Assembly: GCA_963702005.1 (NCBI GenBank)
Contig: OY969696.1
Coordinates: forward strand, 4,000,001-4,064,000
Direction of reading: 5' to 3'
From: Candidatus Aminicenantes bacterium
GTDB taxonomy: Bacteria; Acidobacteriota; Aminicenantia; Aminicenantales; JAFGBC01
DNA: 64,000 bases
The notes beneath the pieces are model-generated. The model did not search any database, had not been told where the DNA came from, and worked only from the letters and a program-made list of their open reading frames with translations. Shown piece after piece: positions 10,531-19,873 of the stretch. The number at the start of each line of letters is the position of its first letter. The stretch's first letter is position 1. Position numbers and translations under genes: made by a program.

Positions 10531-11550
10531 ATGAAACTAACTGACACATCGTCGCAGACAGGACGCCGCCCCAAAACGCTTTTGCTTCTTCTTGTGCTTG
10601 CCTTCAGCTCTTTGACCGCCGGAGCCGACCATGCGGGCGCCGCGGTCCCCGACGCGGAACAAATCCTGGCTCAACCCCCAGGAACAGAGGATCAAACGCC
10701 CGGACCCGAACCAACGGATCAGGATCACCGCTGGCGATTCCTGCTCTCCGGCCTTGCCGGAACGAGCTCGGCGACCGGCGCTGATCCGGCCGATGGGCAG
10801 CATTCCACCGTCCTGCCCTGGACGGGTTTGCCGGGGAACGCCCTGGCCATGTTTTCCGGCTCCAAAGTCATCCTCCCTCTTTCGGCCGTGGCCGGGACAC
10901 TGCTGATCGTGGAAAGCGGCTTGGACACGCATATCCACAATTTTTTTGTCCGGAACACTTTTTTTGAGAACTCTTCGCATTGGGCCGTACACTGGGGCAC
11001 CCTTTTTCCGGTCATCCTGGGCGGCGGCCTGTTCGGCTCGGGCCTCATCGGCGGCTCCTCACAGCTCGCCGCGGCCGGCGGCGCCGTTTTGCAGTCCTCG
11101 CTCCTGGCCTTGTGCACGACGACCGCCCTCAAGGCCCTGACCGGCCGGCCCGGGCCCAGGCCGGTCATCTATGACGACAACGAAGCCAGCTCCGTCTTTC
11201 GCTTCGGGATCCTGCGCGGCGGCGTCTTTCACGGCTGGCCGTCCGGCCACATGACGGCCAACACGGCGGCGGTCACCAGCCTGCTCGCCTTTTATAAGGA
11301 CAACACCTGGCTGAACATCGCCGGCGGAACGTATCTGGGATATCTGTTCCTGAGCGTCATTTCCCACGGCCGGTCGTCGATGCACTGGTTTTCCGACGCC
11401 GTCGCCGGAACCTTGATGGGCTATGCCATCGGCTCGACCGTGGGACGGGATTTCCGCAGGAGATGGGATCACAAAAAGGACAAGCCTTCGGCCTTTTCGT
11501 TCAACGTCCTGCCCCCGGTTTTTTCGGTTTCTTTTGAGATCGCGCTCTAG
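10531..11550 (+). CDS. PAP2 family phosphatase
   Basis: K....R.P, PSGH and HWFSD motifs, N-terminal signal peptide. Confidence 0.85.
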   Translation: MKLTDTSSQTGRRPKTLLLLLVLAFSSLTAGADHAGAAVPDAEQILAQPPGTEDQTPGPEPTDQDHRWRFLLSGLAGTSSATGADPADGQHSTVLPWTGLPGNALAMFSGSKVILPLSAVAGTLLIVESGLDTHIHNFFVRNTFFENSSHWAVHWGTLFPVILGGGLFGSGLIGGSSQLAAAGGAVLQSSLLALCTTTALKALTGRPGPRPVIYDDNEASSVFRFGILRGGVFHGWPSGHMTANTAAVTSLLAFYKDNTWLNIAGGTYLGYLFLSVISHGRSSMHWFSDAVAGTLMGYAIGSTVGRDFRRRWDHKKDKPSAFSFNVLPPVFSVSFEIAL

Positions 11551-12554
11551 GGCGCGGGCGTCGAGCCCCGGCCGCCGCCCGCCTCCGCCGCGCGGACGAC
11601 CTTCTCGAGCGCGACGATGAAGCGCCCTTCAGAGCTGCCCGCGACGCATTCCGGCCACTTCCGCTCGAGCATGATCCTCACAACCGACGCGACGTCGGCG
11701 CCCTCGTACACGGACGTCCTCACCGACGGAAAGAACCGGGCCAGCGCTTCCCCCGCGCTTTCCTGCCGCCTGTTGAGGATCTCCTCGACCCGGGCCGCCT
11801 CGCCGACGCGCAGGCGCAGGAGAAGCTCGCTCGCGAACGCGCGCGCCGGGGCATAAGCGAGAACGCGCCGCGTCCCGCTGTCGCGGAAGAGAACATAGTC
11901 CACGCCCTTCCAGTCAAGAAGAAGGCGATCGACGAACGGATCCTGGAACCAAGGTCCGGATGCCCCTTCCGCCACGACCGGCTGCAACTGCACGGCCGTC
12001 TCGGGCGCCGTGAGGAGGTAAGCGAGGGACAGCCCGGCCGCGTAGTGCCTCGACGCGTTCACGTCGAAGGTCAGGAACCGGCGGCCGGGTACGTTGCGGC
12101 TGGCGCCCACCCAGAGGGCGTAGCCTTTCCACGCCGAAATCGGTCCCTTGCCAAAGGACAGGATCTCCTCGACCTCGCCCGCCGCCGGATCCACCGCCAC
12201 GAGCGGATCGCCCACGTCAGCGAGCGACGCGCCCGCGAGACGGCGGCTGATATCCTCGACAACGCTCGCTGTGTGGACCACGGTTCCACGGATCGCGGCG
12301 AGGATCATGTCGCGGTTCTTCTCGGCCACCTGACGTTGATGTTCGGCCTCCTGTCGTTGCCGGGCGTTCAGGGCGTCCACGCTGGACTTGATCAACTGCT
12401 GGCCGACGAATGTGACGAATCCTAGGATGAAAAGGCTGGCGACCATCCGCCGCGACGGTTTCTCCTGAACGGTCCTCGTGAGCGAGACCACAAGCGTAGC
12501 GGCCGCTCCGACGATCCCTAGAACGAGGCCGATGTTGTTCCAGAGGAATTCCAT
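11547..12554 (-). CDS. Hypothetical membrane protein (2 TM, coiled coil, CBS-like C-terminus)
   Basis: GGAGG RBS, two N-terminal TM helices. The C-terminus VYEGADVASVVRIMLE...EGRFI resembles a CBS motif. Confidence 0.7.
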   Translation of the reverse strand: MEFLWNNIGLVLGIVGAAATLVVSLTRTVQEKPSRRMVASLFILGFVTFVGQQLIKSSVDALNARQRQEAEHQRQVAEKNRDMILAAIRGTVVHTASVVEDISRRLAGASLADVGDPLVAVDPAAGEVEEILSFGKGPISAWKGYALWVGASRNVPGRRFLTFDVNASRHYAAGLSLAYLLTAPETAVQLQPVVAEGASGPWFQDPFVDRLLLDWKGVDYVLFRDSGTRRVLAYAPARAFASELLLRLRVGEAARVEEILNRRQESAGEALARFFPSVRTSVYEGADVASVVRIMLERKWPECVAGSSEGRFIVALEKVVRAAEAGGGRGSTPAP

Positions 12555-12753
12555 GCGAACCTCCTCTCGAGCAGAATGGCCGCGCGTGCTGATGCACGTC
12601 GCGACGGAAACTCCACAGAAGCTAGGCCGGCGGGATTGGCGATCGCATTAGCAAAAGGGGAGCCTCCTCTCCCAGCAGATAAGTTCTCCTTGCGATTGTT
12701 TCTCCCCCTCGTCCGGGATGATAAATCATGAAATGAAGGGATGTCAAGTTGAG

Positions 12754-12876
12754 CTAAGAATAGGGAAAATAGTCTCCGCCGACTTCTGCGGCCATGAAAA
12801 ATTCCTGATAAGCGAACCGAGGAGGGGGAGGCTTGTCCGCAACAAAGATCGGAATGATGTGGTCGATGATCCGGTC
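12754..12876 (-). mobile_element. Relic of IS91-like transposase C-terminal tail
   Basis: Translates as DRIIDHIIPIFVADKPPPPRFAYQEFFMAAEVGGDYFPYS*, followed by TTGACA-N18-TATCAT (12718-12747). Confidence 0.6.
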
Positions 12877-12915
12877 AGGCTAAAGATAACACCGCTCGCG
12901 GCTTTTATCTGTGTC

Positions 12916-13914
12916 TTACTCCTGGTGCAGGAAATCATTGACCGTGCGGATGAACATATCCGGCTGGTCGACAAACGTCATGTGGCCGCTCTTAGGCAGC
13001 ACGACCAGCTTAGAGCCGGCGATCGCCTTGTTCATTTCCTCCGAAAGCGAAGATGCGCACTCGTCATGGTCGCCGACCGTAATCAGAGTTGGCACCTTGA
13101 TGGAAGAGAGCCGGTCGCCGTATTCTACGGACTTGAGGTTCCCGTCGATCACGTATTCGCCGTGCGGGCCCCACATCTCGAGATACACATCCCAGGCCAT
13201 ATTGCCCGATGCGACCGGGTCATAGTTGGGATCGGGCCGATTCTGATAGAGGTATGGAAAGTAGCCCTCGCCCCACGCGGCAATCATATACTCGGATGTA
13301 TAGCGGCGTTTTTCGTACTCCTTTCCGTGACCGAAGAGGCCGGCCTTCTCCATGCCCTCGATCCGCTGCCGCAGTTCGGGGGCCATGTTTTCTTTCATGC
13401 GGCGGAACACCTCGTTCATCTTGATGGTACTATGGAAGGTGCTGCACAAGATCAGGTGCGTCAGGTTCTGCTGGTACTTGAGCGCGTAAGCCTGCGCCAG
13501 CACGCCGCCGCAGGAGTGGCCCAGGAGGCTGATCCGGCCGAGCCCGAGTGCCTGGCGGACGGCTTCGGTGTCCTCGACCATGTTCTCGACGGTGTAGAGC
13601 GCCGGATTCTCCAGCTTTTGCGAACGGCCCGAGCCGCGCTCGTCGATGAAGATGAGGCGGCTCGTCCGGGCCAGCGGCAGCAGGTACGGCAGGAAGTAGT
13701 CGTGCGAGGCTCCCGGTCCCCCGTGGAGGATGAGCAGCGGCTCGCCCCGGCCCAGGGCTTGGTAGTAGATCAAGACGCCGTGCGCGTCGACAAAGCCTTC
13801 CTCCACTTTGAGCACCGAAACGGCCGGGGCCGCGGGCGTTTCGCCCGAGGATTGCGGGTGCGCGAGGGAGAACATGCCGAGAACAACCAGCACCATCCAG
13901 ATCATCCGTTTCAT
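12916..13914 (-). CDS. pip: Proline iminopeptidase family alpha/beta hydrolase with signal peptide
   Basis: HGGPG, DERGSGRS, GHSCGG nucleophile elbow, SGH. AAGGAG RBS before ATG 13914. Confidence 0.9.
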   Translation of the reverse strand: MKRMIWMVLVVLGMFSLAHPQSSGETPAAPAVSVLKVEEGFVDAHGVLIYYQALGRGEPLLILHGGPGASHDYFLPYLLPLARTSRLIFIDERGSGRSQKLENPALYTVENMVEDTEAVRQALGLGRISLLGHSCGGVLAQAYALKYQQNLTHLILCSTFHSTIKMNEVFRRMKENMAPELRQRIEGMEKAGLFGHGKEYEKRRYTSEYMIAAWGEGYFPYLYQNRPDPNYDPVASGNMAWDVYLEMWGPHGEYVIDGNLKSVEYGDRLSSIKVPTLITVGDHDECASSLSEEMNKAIAGSKLVVLPKSGHMTFVDQPDMFIRTVNDFLHQE

Positions 13915-14081
13915 GGTTGTGACTCCTTTTCGATCATAGAAGGGAATTCGTTTTCGACTGGTTCGGCCCGCAGGCCCGATTTCGCCTCGACTTTCCCATC
14001 TCGCCACCGTGCGGGAGCATAAATTGAAGCTCAGAGCATGTCAAGGGCGGCTGGAGAGAGCGGAGAGACGGCTTGGAAAAT

Positions 14082-14138
14082 GAAATCCGTGAGAAAAGCG
14101 ACAACCTTCATCCGGCCGCCGCACTTGGGACAGAGCTC
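14082..14138 (-). mobile_element. Relic of IS91-like transposase C-terminal zinc ribbon
   Basis: Translates as ELCPKCGGRMKVVAFLTDF, followed by TTGACA-N17-TATGCT (14016-14044) and an ori-like CGAAAACGAATTCCCT (13941-13956). Confidence 0.6.
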
Positions 14139-14220
14139 ATCCTTGAATGACACGGCAGAAAACCGGTTTCACGATTCATGGTTCTTGACTTTTTTCGAGC
14201 GGGGACGATATGCTCTCCCC

Positions 14221-17052
14221 ATGAAAAAAACAACCCCTCTTGCCTGGCTTTTCTTGGCTTTCCTCTCCACCGCGTTGATCGTCTCCGCGGCCGCTCAGGT
14301 CAAGAATCCTTACTCCCCGGACACTCCCGAACCGGGGTCGGTCGAGGCGATCGCAAAATTCACAACCGAGGCACGCTTCGGCAACCCCTGGGTCGCCTAC
14401 GTGCCGGCGTCGGACACGGTGCCCTCACCAACGAAGTATCTCGGCCATGTCGTCGGGGCCGAAGGGGAGCTCTCGAGCACGGCCAAGATTTACGGCTACT
14501 TCCGCAAGCTCGCCGAAATCTCGCCGCGTGTCAGCGTTCAGGTCATCGGCCGGAGCGAAGAGGGAAGGGACATCCTCCTCTCGGCCATCGCGGACGAGGA
14601 AGGGATTCGCGATCTCGCGAGGTTCAAAGCGGCCACCGCCGCCCTGGCCGATCCTCGGAAAACCTCGCCTGAAGCCGCCGAGACTCTCATCGCGTCTGCC
14701 CGCCCGATCTATTACTTCAACGCCGGACTCCATTCGACCGAGACCGGCAGCCCGGAAATGGTCATGGAGCTAGCCTATCGCCTCGCCGTGTCCGAACAGC
14801 CGATGATCAAGAAGATCCGGAGCGAGGTCATCGTCCTCATCAACCCCGTCTCCGAACCCGATGGCCGCGATAAGGCCGTGGACTGGTTCTATCGTTACCT
14901 CAGGGGAAAGACGGATTTCGACCGCCTGCCGCCTGTCTCGCCCCCTTACTGGGGCCACTACGTCTTCCACGACAACAACCGCGACACGCACCAGCAGGCC
15001 CTCGAGCTGACGCGCGCCGTGACCCGGATGTTCTTCGAATTCCATCCGACCGTCATCCACGACCTCCACGAGTCCATCCCCCTCCTCCAGACCTGGAACG
15101 GCACGGGCCCGTACAACAACAACCTCGATCCGATCCTCATCAACGAGTTCTTCGAAATGGCCTTCGCCGAGATCGGCGCCCTGACCTCCATGGGCATGCC
15201 GGGCGTCTGGACGTGGGGATTCGGCGAGGGCTGGACTCACCATTACCTCGACTCGTTCGCCGTCAACCACAACAGCATGGGCCGCGGCTACGAGACGTTC
15301 GGGAATGCGACGGCCGAGACGATGGAGCGCGTCCTACGTCCGAACGAGGAGCGCTACGTCGGGCGGGCGGTCACGAGCCGGGAATGGTACCGGGCCCTGC
15401 CGCCGCCACGGAAGTTCCGCTGGTCGCTCCGCGACAACACGAATTACATGGAAAGCGGCTGCCTGGCCATTCTCGCTTACGCGTCCAAGAACGCGAAAGA
15501 GATGCTGCGCGATTTTTATCGCAAGGGCTACAACTCCTGGCAGAAAGGTGTCAAGGGAGGCCCCTTCGCGTTCGCCATTCCGGCGGACCAGGGGGACCGC
15601 AGGCGCGTGGCCCAGATGGTCAACCTCCTTCAGACGCAGGGGATCGAGGTCTCCCGGGCGTCCACGGGCTTCAAGGTCGAGGAGGGGGAGTTCGCCGCCG
15701 GGACCTATGTCGTGCGGCTCGACCAGCTCTACCGGAACTACGCCGTGGACCTGCTCCTTCCCCAGGAATTCCCGGCCGACACTCCTTACGAGCCCTATGA
15801 CGACGTTTCCTGGGCCCTGCCCGTCCACTACGGCCTCGAAGCCAAGCGGATCGATGACGCGAAAGTCAGGGACGTGCCGGTCACGCCGGTCCAGGCGGGG
15901 TTCGAACCCCAGGGCAAGGTCGGCGGAGCGGGACCCGTCTTCCTCATGAAAGACACGGGCCAGGAGGCGCTTCTGGCGCTCCGGAATCGCCTGGCGGCTT
16001 TTAAGGTCGAGATCGCCGAGAAGCCGTTCAAGTCGGGAGGCGTGGATTATCCGGCCGGGTCCTGGATCGTGATGGACGCAAAGGGACTGATGGATGCGCT
16101 GAACAGCGCCTCCGCCGAGCTGGCCGTGGATTTCGAGAGCGCGGCCGCCGTCCCCGAGGTTCCGCGACACGAGTCCAAGCTGCCGCGCCTCGCCGTCTGG
16201 CACACCTGGGCCGACACCGAGTCGGTCGGTTGGGTCCGCTACGTCCTCGACCGGGAGAAGATCCCGTATTCTTACATCCGCGACGACGATATCCGCGCGG
16301 GACGCCTCCGCGAGCGATTCGATATCATCCTCTTCGGCCACAACTATCTCGATCTCAAGGATCAGATCCACGGGATCGACAAGAAGTACGGGCCGATGCC
16401 CTACACGAAGACAAAGGAATTCCCGAGCCACGGGACTCCCGACGCGACCGACGACATCACGGGCGGGATCGGCTGGGCCGGCATGGCGAACCTCGAAAAG
16501 TATCTCGACGCCGGCGGGCAGCTCATCACGCTCGGCAACGGCTCGGCGCTGGCCCTCGACGGGGGGCTCGTCAGCGACGTCTACCGGAAATCGGGCGCTT
16601 TTTTCACGCCGGGCTCGGAGCTCAAGGTGAAGTTCGTGAGGCCCGACCATCCCCTGGCTTACGGCTACCCGGAGGTCACGTCGGCCTTCCGCAGGGGGAT
16701 GCCCGTCTATGATATCGCCGTCGCCGGCCGGCGCGGTGTCGTTCTCCAATGGGGCACAAAGCCCAGAACGGAGGACCGAGAGGAGGCGGAACCTGAAGCC
16801 GGCAAGCCGAAAGACGCCAAGGAGCAGGCAAGGAAGGATGAGGTCAAGATGCTCGTCAGCGGCGCCGTCAAGGGGGAAGACGACCTCGAGGGACGGCCGG
16901 CGATCCTCGACCTCCCGGCCGGCCGGGGCCGCGTCCTCGCTTACAACTTCAATCCGATCCACAGGGACCTGAACCGCTCGGACTACCGGTTCCTCTGGAA
17001 CGCGCTCCTCAACTGGAACGCCCTGCCGCCGGCTGAGAAAGCGGCTCGTTGA
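14221..17052 (+). CDS. M14 family zinc carboxypeptidase, secreted
   Basis: Signal peptide from ATG 14221, HSTE (HxxE), NP...PDGR, DNNRD and DLHE motifs, C-terminal GATase-like domain. Confidence 0.92.
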   Translation: MKKTTPLAWLFLAFLSTALIVSAAAQVKNPYSPDTPEPGSVEAIAKFTTEARFGNPWVAYVPASDTVPSPTKYLGHVVGAEGELSSTAKIYGYFRKLAEISPRVSVQVIGRSEEGRDILLSAIADEEGIRDLARFKAATAALADPRKTSPEAAETLIASARPIYYFNAGLHSTETGSPEMVMELAYRLAVSEQPMIKKIRSEVIVLINPVSEPDGRDKAVDWFYRYLRGKTDFDRLPPVSPPYWGHYVFHDNNRDTHQQALELTRAVTRMFFEFHPTVIHDLHESIPLLQTWNGTGPYNNNLDPILINEFFEMAFAEIGALTSMGMPGVWTWGFGEGWTHHYLDSFAVNHNSMGRGYETFGNATAETMERVLRPNEERYVGRAVTSREWYRALPPPRKFRWSLRDNTNYMESGCLAILAYASKNAKEMLRDFYRKGYNSWQKGVKGGPFAFAIPADQGDRRRVAQMVNLLQTQGIEVSRASTGFKVEEGEFAAGTYVVRLDQLYRNYAVDLLLPQEFPADTPYEPYDDVSWALPVHYGLEAKRIDDAKVRDVPVTPVQAGFEPQGKVGGAGPVFLMKDTGQEALLALRNRLAAFKVEIAEKPFKSGGVDYPAGSWIVMDAKGLMDALNSASAELAVDFESAAAVPEVPRHESKLPRLAVWHTWADTESVGWVRYVLDREKIPYSYIRDDDIRAGRLRERFDIILFGHNYLDLKDQIHGIDKKYGPMPYTKTKEFPSHGTPDATDDITGGIGWAGMANLEKYLDAGGQLITLGNGSALALDGGLVSDVYRKSGAFFTPGSELKVKFVRPDHPLAYGYPEVTSAFRRGMPVYDIAVAGRRGVVLQWGTKPRTEDREEAEPEAGKPKDAKEQARKDEVKMLVSGAVKGEDDLEGRPAILDLPAGRGRVLAYNFNPIHRDLNRSDYRFLWNALLNWNALPPAEKAAR

Positions 17053-17174
17053 AACCGGCCCGGGGTGTCGATATCACGGCCGGAAGCTTTTCTGCCGGGG
17101 GGAAGACTGCGGTTGAAGTGAAACGATCCCTCAGCTGCCATACTATTTTGGCACCTGTTTTAATCCTTGTTCTC

Positions 17175-18368
17175 CTAGGCGGATTCGAACGCTCGGGTGA
17201 GGTCGGCGATTAACTCTTGAGTATCTTCGATGCCCACCGAGTAGCGGATCAGCCCTTCGGGGATGCCCATCGCCTCGCGTTCCTCTACGGTGCATTCGAC
17301 GTGGCTCGTCGTCGCAGGGGGCCCGGCGATGGTCTCGACCGCGCCCAGGTTGGCGGCCCGGTGCGCCAGGCGGAGCTTGGGCAAGACACGTTTGACGGCT
17401 GCGGAGCCGCCCTTAAGCATGAAGCTCAGCACGCCCCCATAACCGCGCATCTGACGCCGGGCGATATCGTGATGAATGTGCGTTTCCAACCCCGGATAAA
17501 ACACGGCGGCGACGGCCGGATGGGTTTGCAGCCAGCGGGCGATGCGTAGGGCACTTTCGTTCTGCTGCTTGATCCTCAGGTGTAGCGTCTTCATCCCCCG
17601 GATTAGTAAGAAAGCCGCCATCGGGTCGAGGGTTGCCCCCGTGATCTCACGATAGTGATAGATGCGCTGAATCCATACGGGATCGCCGCAGACAACGCCA
17701 CCCAGCGCGTCTCCGTGACCGCCCAGGAACTTCGTTGCGCTGTGGATCACCAGGTCTGCGTCGAGGGCCAGCGGGTTCTGGTTGATGGGGGTGGCAAAGG
17801 TATTATCGGCCACCACGGTGGCCCCGACGCGGTGCCCGGCGGCGGCCAGCCGGGCGATGTCCATCACCTTGAGCGTAGGATTGGTGGGGGATTCCAGGTA
17901 GACGGCCTTGCAGCCAGGGGCGATGGCGGCTTCGATCTGTTCATGATCCGTCGTGTCGCAGAGGTCCACCCGGACGTTGAGGCGGGGCAAGAATTCTAGG
18001 AACAGCTTATTCGTGCCCCCATAGGTGTCCTTGATCGAGACGATTCGGTCGCCGGGCGAAAGCAGGGTGAACAGCGTGTTGCTGATGGCCGCCATGCCCG
18101 TGGCAAAGCTTGTCGCCGCCCGGGCGCCCTCGAGAAGGCGGACCTTGGTTTCAAATGCTTGTACGGTAGGATTGGTGTTGCGGGAATAGATGTGACCGGG
18201 CCTTCGGCCGAGGGCCACATCCAACCATGTGTCTACGTCGGGATAACCATAGGCGGCACTGTATACCACCGGCACCTGGGTCGCCCCCTGCACCAGGGAT
18301 TCCTCCTCGCCTCCCCACACGGACAGGGTGGCGGCCGAAATCTTGTTCACCGATGCGCGATCAGGCAT
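17175..18368 (-). CDS. Cystathionine gamma-synthase / Cys-Met metabolism PLP-dependent enzyme
   Basis: YSRNTNPT, ESPTNP, DNTFATP, HSATKFLGGH (PLP lysine), IRYSVGIED. Confidence 0.93.
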   Translation of the reverse strand: MPDRASVNKISAATLSVWGGEEESLVQGATQVPVVYSAAYGYPDVDTWLDVALGRRPGHIYSRNTNPTVQAFETKVRLLEGARAATSFATGMAAISNTLFTLLSPGDRIVSIKDTYGGTNKLFLEFLPRLNVRVDLCDTTDHEQIEAAIAPGCKAVYLESPTNPTLKVMDIARLAAAGHRVGATVVADNTFATPINQNPLALDADLVIHSATKFLGGHGDALGGVVCGDPVWIQRIYHYREITGATLDPMAAFLLIRGMKTLHLRIKQQNESALRIARWLQTHPAVAAVFYPGLETHIHHDIARRQMRGYGGVLSFMLKGGSAAVKRVLPKLRLAHRAANLGAVETIAGPPATTSHVECTVEEREAMGIPEGLIRYSVGIEDTQELIADLTRAFESA

Positions 18369-18459
18369 TTTTCTTTCTCCTCTTGAACCGAGCCGCATGA
18401 CGTATCGGATACCAATCATCCGCGAGAAATCCCGGCGATGTCAATGGAAATATCGGTTC

Positions 18460-18523
18460 AAAAAAATCCCCCTTATTCCCTTGAGGAGGGGGAAGAGAGA
18501 GGATGGTTTAAGGGGGATTGAAT
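18460..18523 (-). ncRNA. Candidate sigma-54-dependent small RNA (~64 nt)
   Basis: Starts about 12 nt after a -24/-12 promoter. 11-bp stem AAUCCCCCUUA/UAAGGGGGAUU ending in a U7 run, CU-rich interior, no ORF. Confidence 0.6.
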
Positions 18524-18533
18524 AAAAAAAAAT

Positions 18534-18549
18534 TGCAACTTTCATGCCA
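18534..18549 (-). promoter_or_regulatory. Sigma-54 promoter
   Basis: TGGCAT-GAAAG-TTGCA, matching the TGGCAC-N5-TTGCW consensus. Confidence 0.8.
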
Positions 18550-18620
18550 ATAGGGAGCCGGATTTTATTCCCTTTAGAAGACCGAGACAGGAGTGACCGA
18601 TGTTAAAAACTTCAGGGAGG

Positions 18621-18636
18621 GTAAAAAATGTTTACA
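18621..18636. promoter_or_regulatory. Putative enhancer (activator-binding) site
   Basis: GTAAA-N5-TTTAC palindrome starting 72 bp from the -24 element, the same spacing as the copy at 26353. Confidence 0.6.
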
Positions 18637-18690
18637 TCGGGGGGAGCGGCAAGAAGGGAAGGCCCCCCATTGCCGGCTGTCCGCCGCCGC

Positions 18691-19848
18691 TCAGACCGTA
18701 AGAAGTTCGTGGGAGCGAATGAGCCGCTCCCGGACCTTAAGGCCGAACGGGCAGGCTTTCTCGCAGGCGCCCCGGCAGGACCTGCAGTCGAGGGGCTTGC
18801 GGCCGGTCTCGAGCTCGGCGTAGTATCGGATGGCTTCCTTCTCCATCCCGTAGTCCTCGAAATACATGGCGTAGCGGAGGACCTCGTTGACGGCCACCCC
18901 GCGCGGGCAGGACGACAGGCAATCGGCGCAGCTGACCCGGCAGTAGCGGGAACCGGCCTCGCGCTGATAGCGGGCGATCGTCTGGAGGGCGGCCCGGTCG
19001 AGAGGCTGGTCGGAGGCGGCCAGATATTCCTCGACGTGGGCATAGCTGCTCATGGTCGGGATGCAGGTGTCGATGAGGGAGTTGCTCAGGACCCAGCGGA
19101 TGGCGGCTTGCGGGTAGCTGGTCTCCGCGTTGATCAGACCTTTGAGCCGCCCCTGCTGGTTCCCGGCGAAGACCTTCATGGCGACCGTCCCGATCCCCGC
19201 CTCGCGGACTTTCTGGACGAGGGGCTCGAGGGCCGGCCCTTCCATGTGGTTGTAGATGAACAGGACGACCTGGACGAAGGGCTCGGACAAAGCCTGGGCC
19301 AGAGTGAGCTTGGCGTTGTGGGTCGAGAATCCCGTGAAGCGGACCTTGCCGGCCTTCTTGAGCTCGGCGTAAGCGGCCTGGACCTCCTCGTTCTTGAGGA
19401 CGCCGAGGTCGCCGACGTTATGAATGAGGGCGACGTCGACATGATCGGTCTGGAGGCGCTGCAGGCTGGCTTCCATCCGGCGGATGATGGCGGCTCGATC
19501 CAAGTCCTTGGGAATTTGGAGGACGTGCTTGGTCGCGATGACGGCTTTGTCCCGGACCCCTTGGAGGGCTTGGCCCATAAAAGTCTCGCTCTGGGTCCTC
19601 AGGTAGCCTTCGGCCGTGTCGAAGTAGGTCACGCCGCAGTCGAAGGCGTAGCGGAGGACGTTGGGGTTGAAGAGGGAGATGGCGCCGCAGCTGACATCCG
19701 AGACCTTGAGTCCGGTCCTGCCCAACGAGTTGTATTTCCGGACCCGGGGCGGCTCCGCGTTTTGACCTAAGGCCGGGGCCCGGCCGGCCATGCCAAATCC
19801 CAATAAGCCGGAAGAGAACATGCCCAAGAAATTGCGACGGCTCGTCAT
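18691..19848 (-). CDS. Aldo/keto reductase with Tat signal and C-terminal Fe-S-type Cys motifs
   Basis: SRRNFL Tat motif, LGRTGLKVS, FDTAEGY, C-terminal C...C..C...CP clusters. Confidence 0.9.
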   Translation of the reverse strand: MTSRRNFLGMFSSGLLGFGMAGRAPALGQNAEPPRVRKYNSLGRTGLKVSDVSCGAISLFNPNVLRYAFDCGVTYFDTAEGYLRTQSETFMGQALQGVRDKAVIATKHVLQIPKDLDRAAIIRRMEASLQRLQTDHVDVALIHNVGDLGVLKNEEVQAAYAELKKAGKVRFTGFSTHNAKLTLAQALSEPFVQVVLFIYNHMEGPALEPLVQKVREAGIGTVAMKVFAGNQQGRLKGLINAETSYPQAAIRWVLSNSLIDTCIPTMSSYAHVEEYLAASDQPLDRAALQTIARYQREAGSRYCRVSCADCLSSCPRGVAVNEVLRYAMYFEDYGMEKEAIRYYAELETGRKPLDCRSCRGACEKACPFGLKVRERLIRSHELLTV

Positions 19849-19873
19849 CGACTATTTTCCTTTCACTGCTTAT

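Noticed and set aside
15334-16962. Long antisense or alternate-frame ORFs (also 5089..6507, 21820..23616, 24349..26169, 33308..34786, 36250..38232, 44738..46519, 62455..63840)
   Set aside because: Shadows of well-supported genes in high-GC DNA, with no motifs or RBS.
17149-17165. Sigma-54 promoter at TGGCACCTGTTTTAAT
   Set aside because: Lacks the -12 GC and lies between convergent genes.
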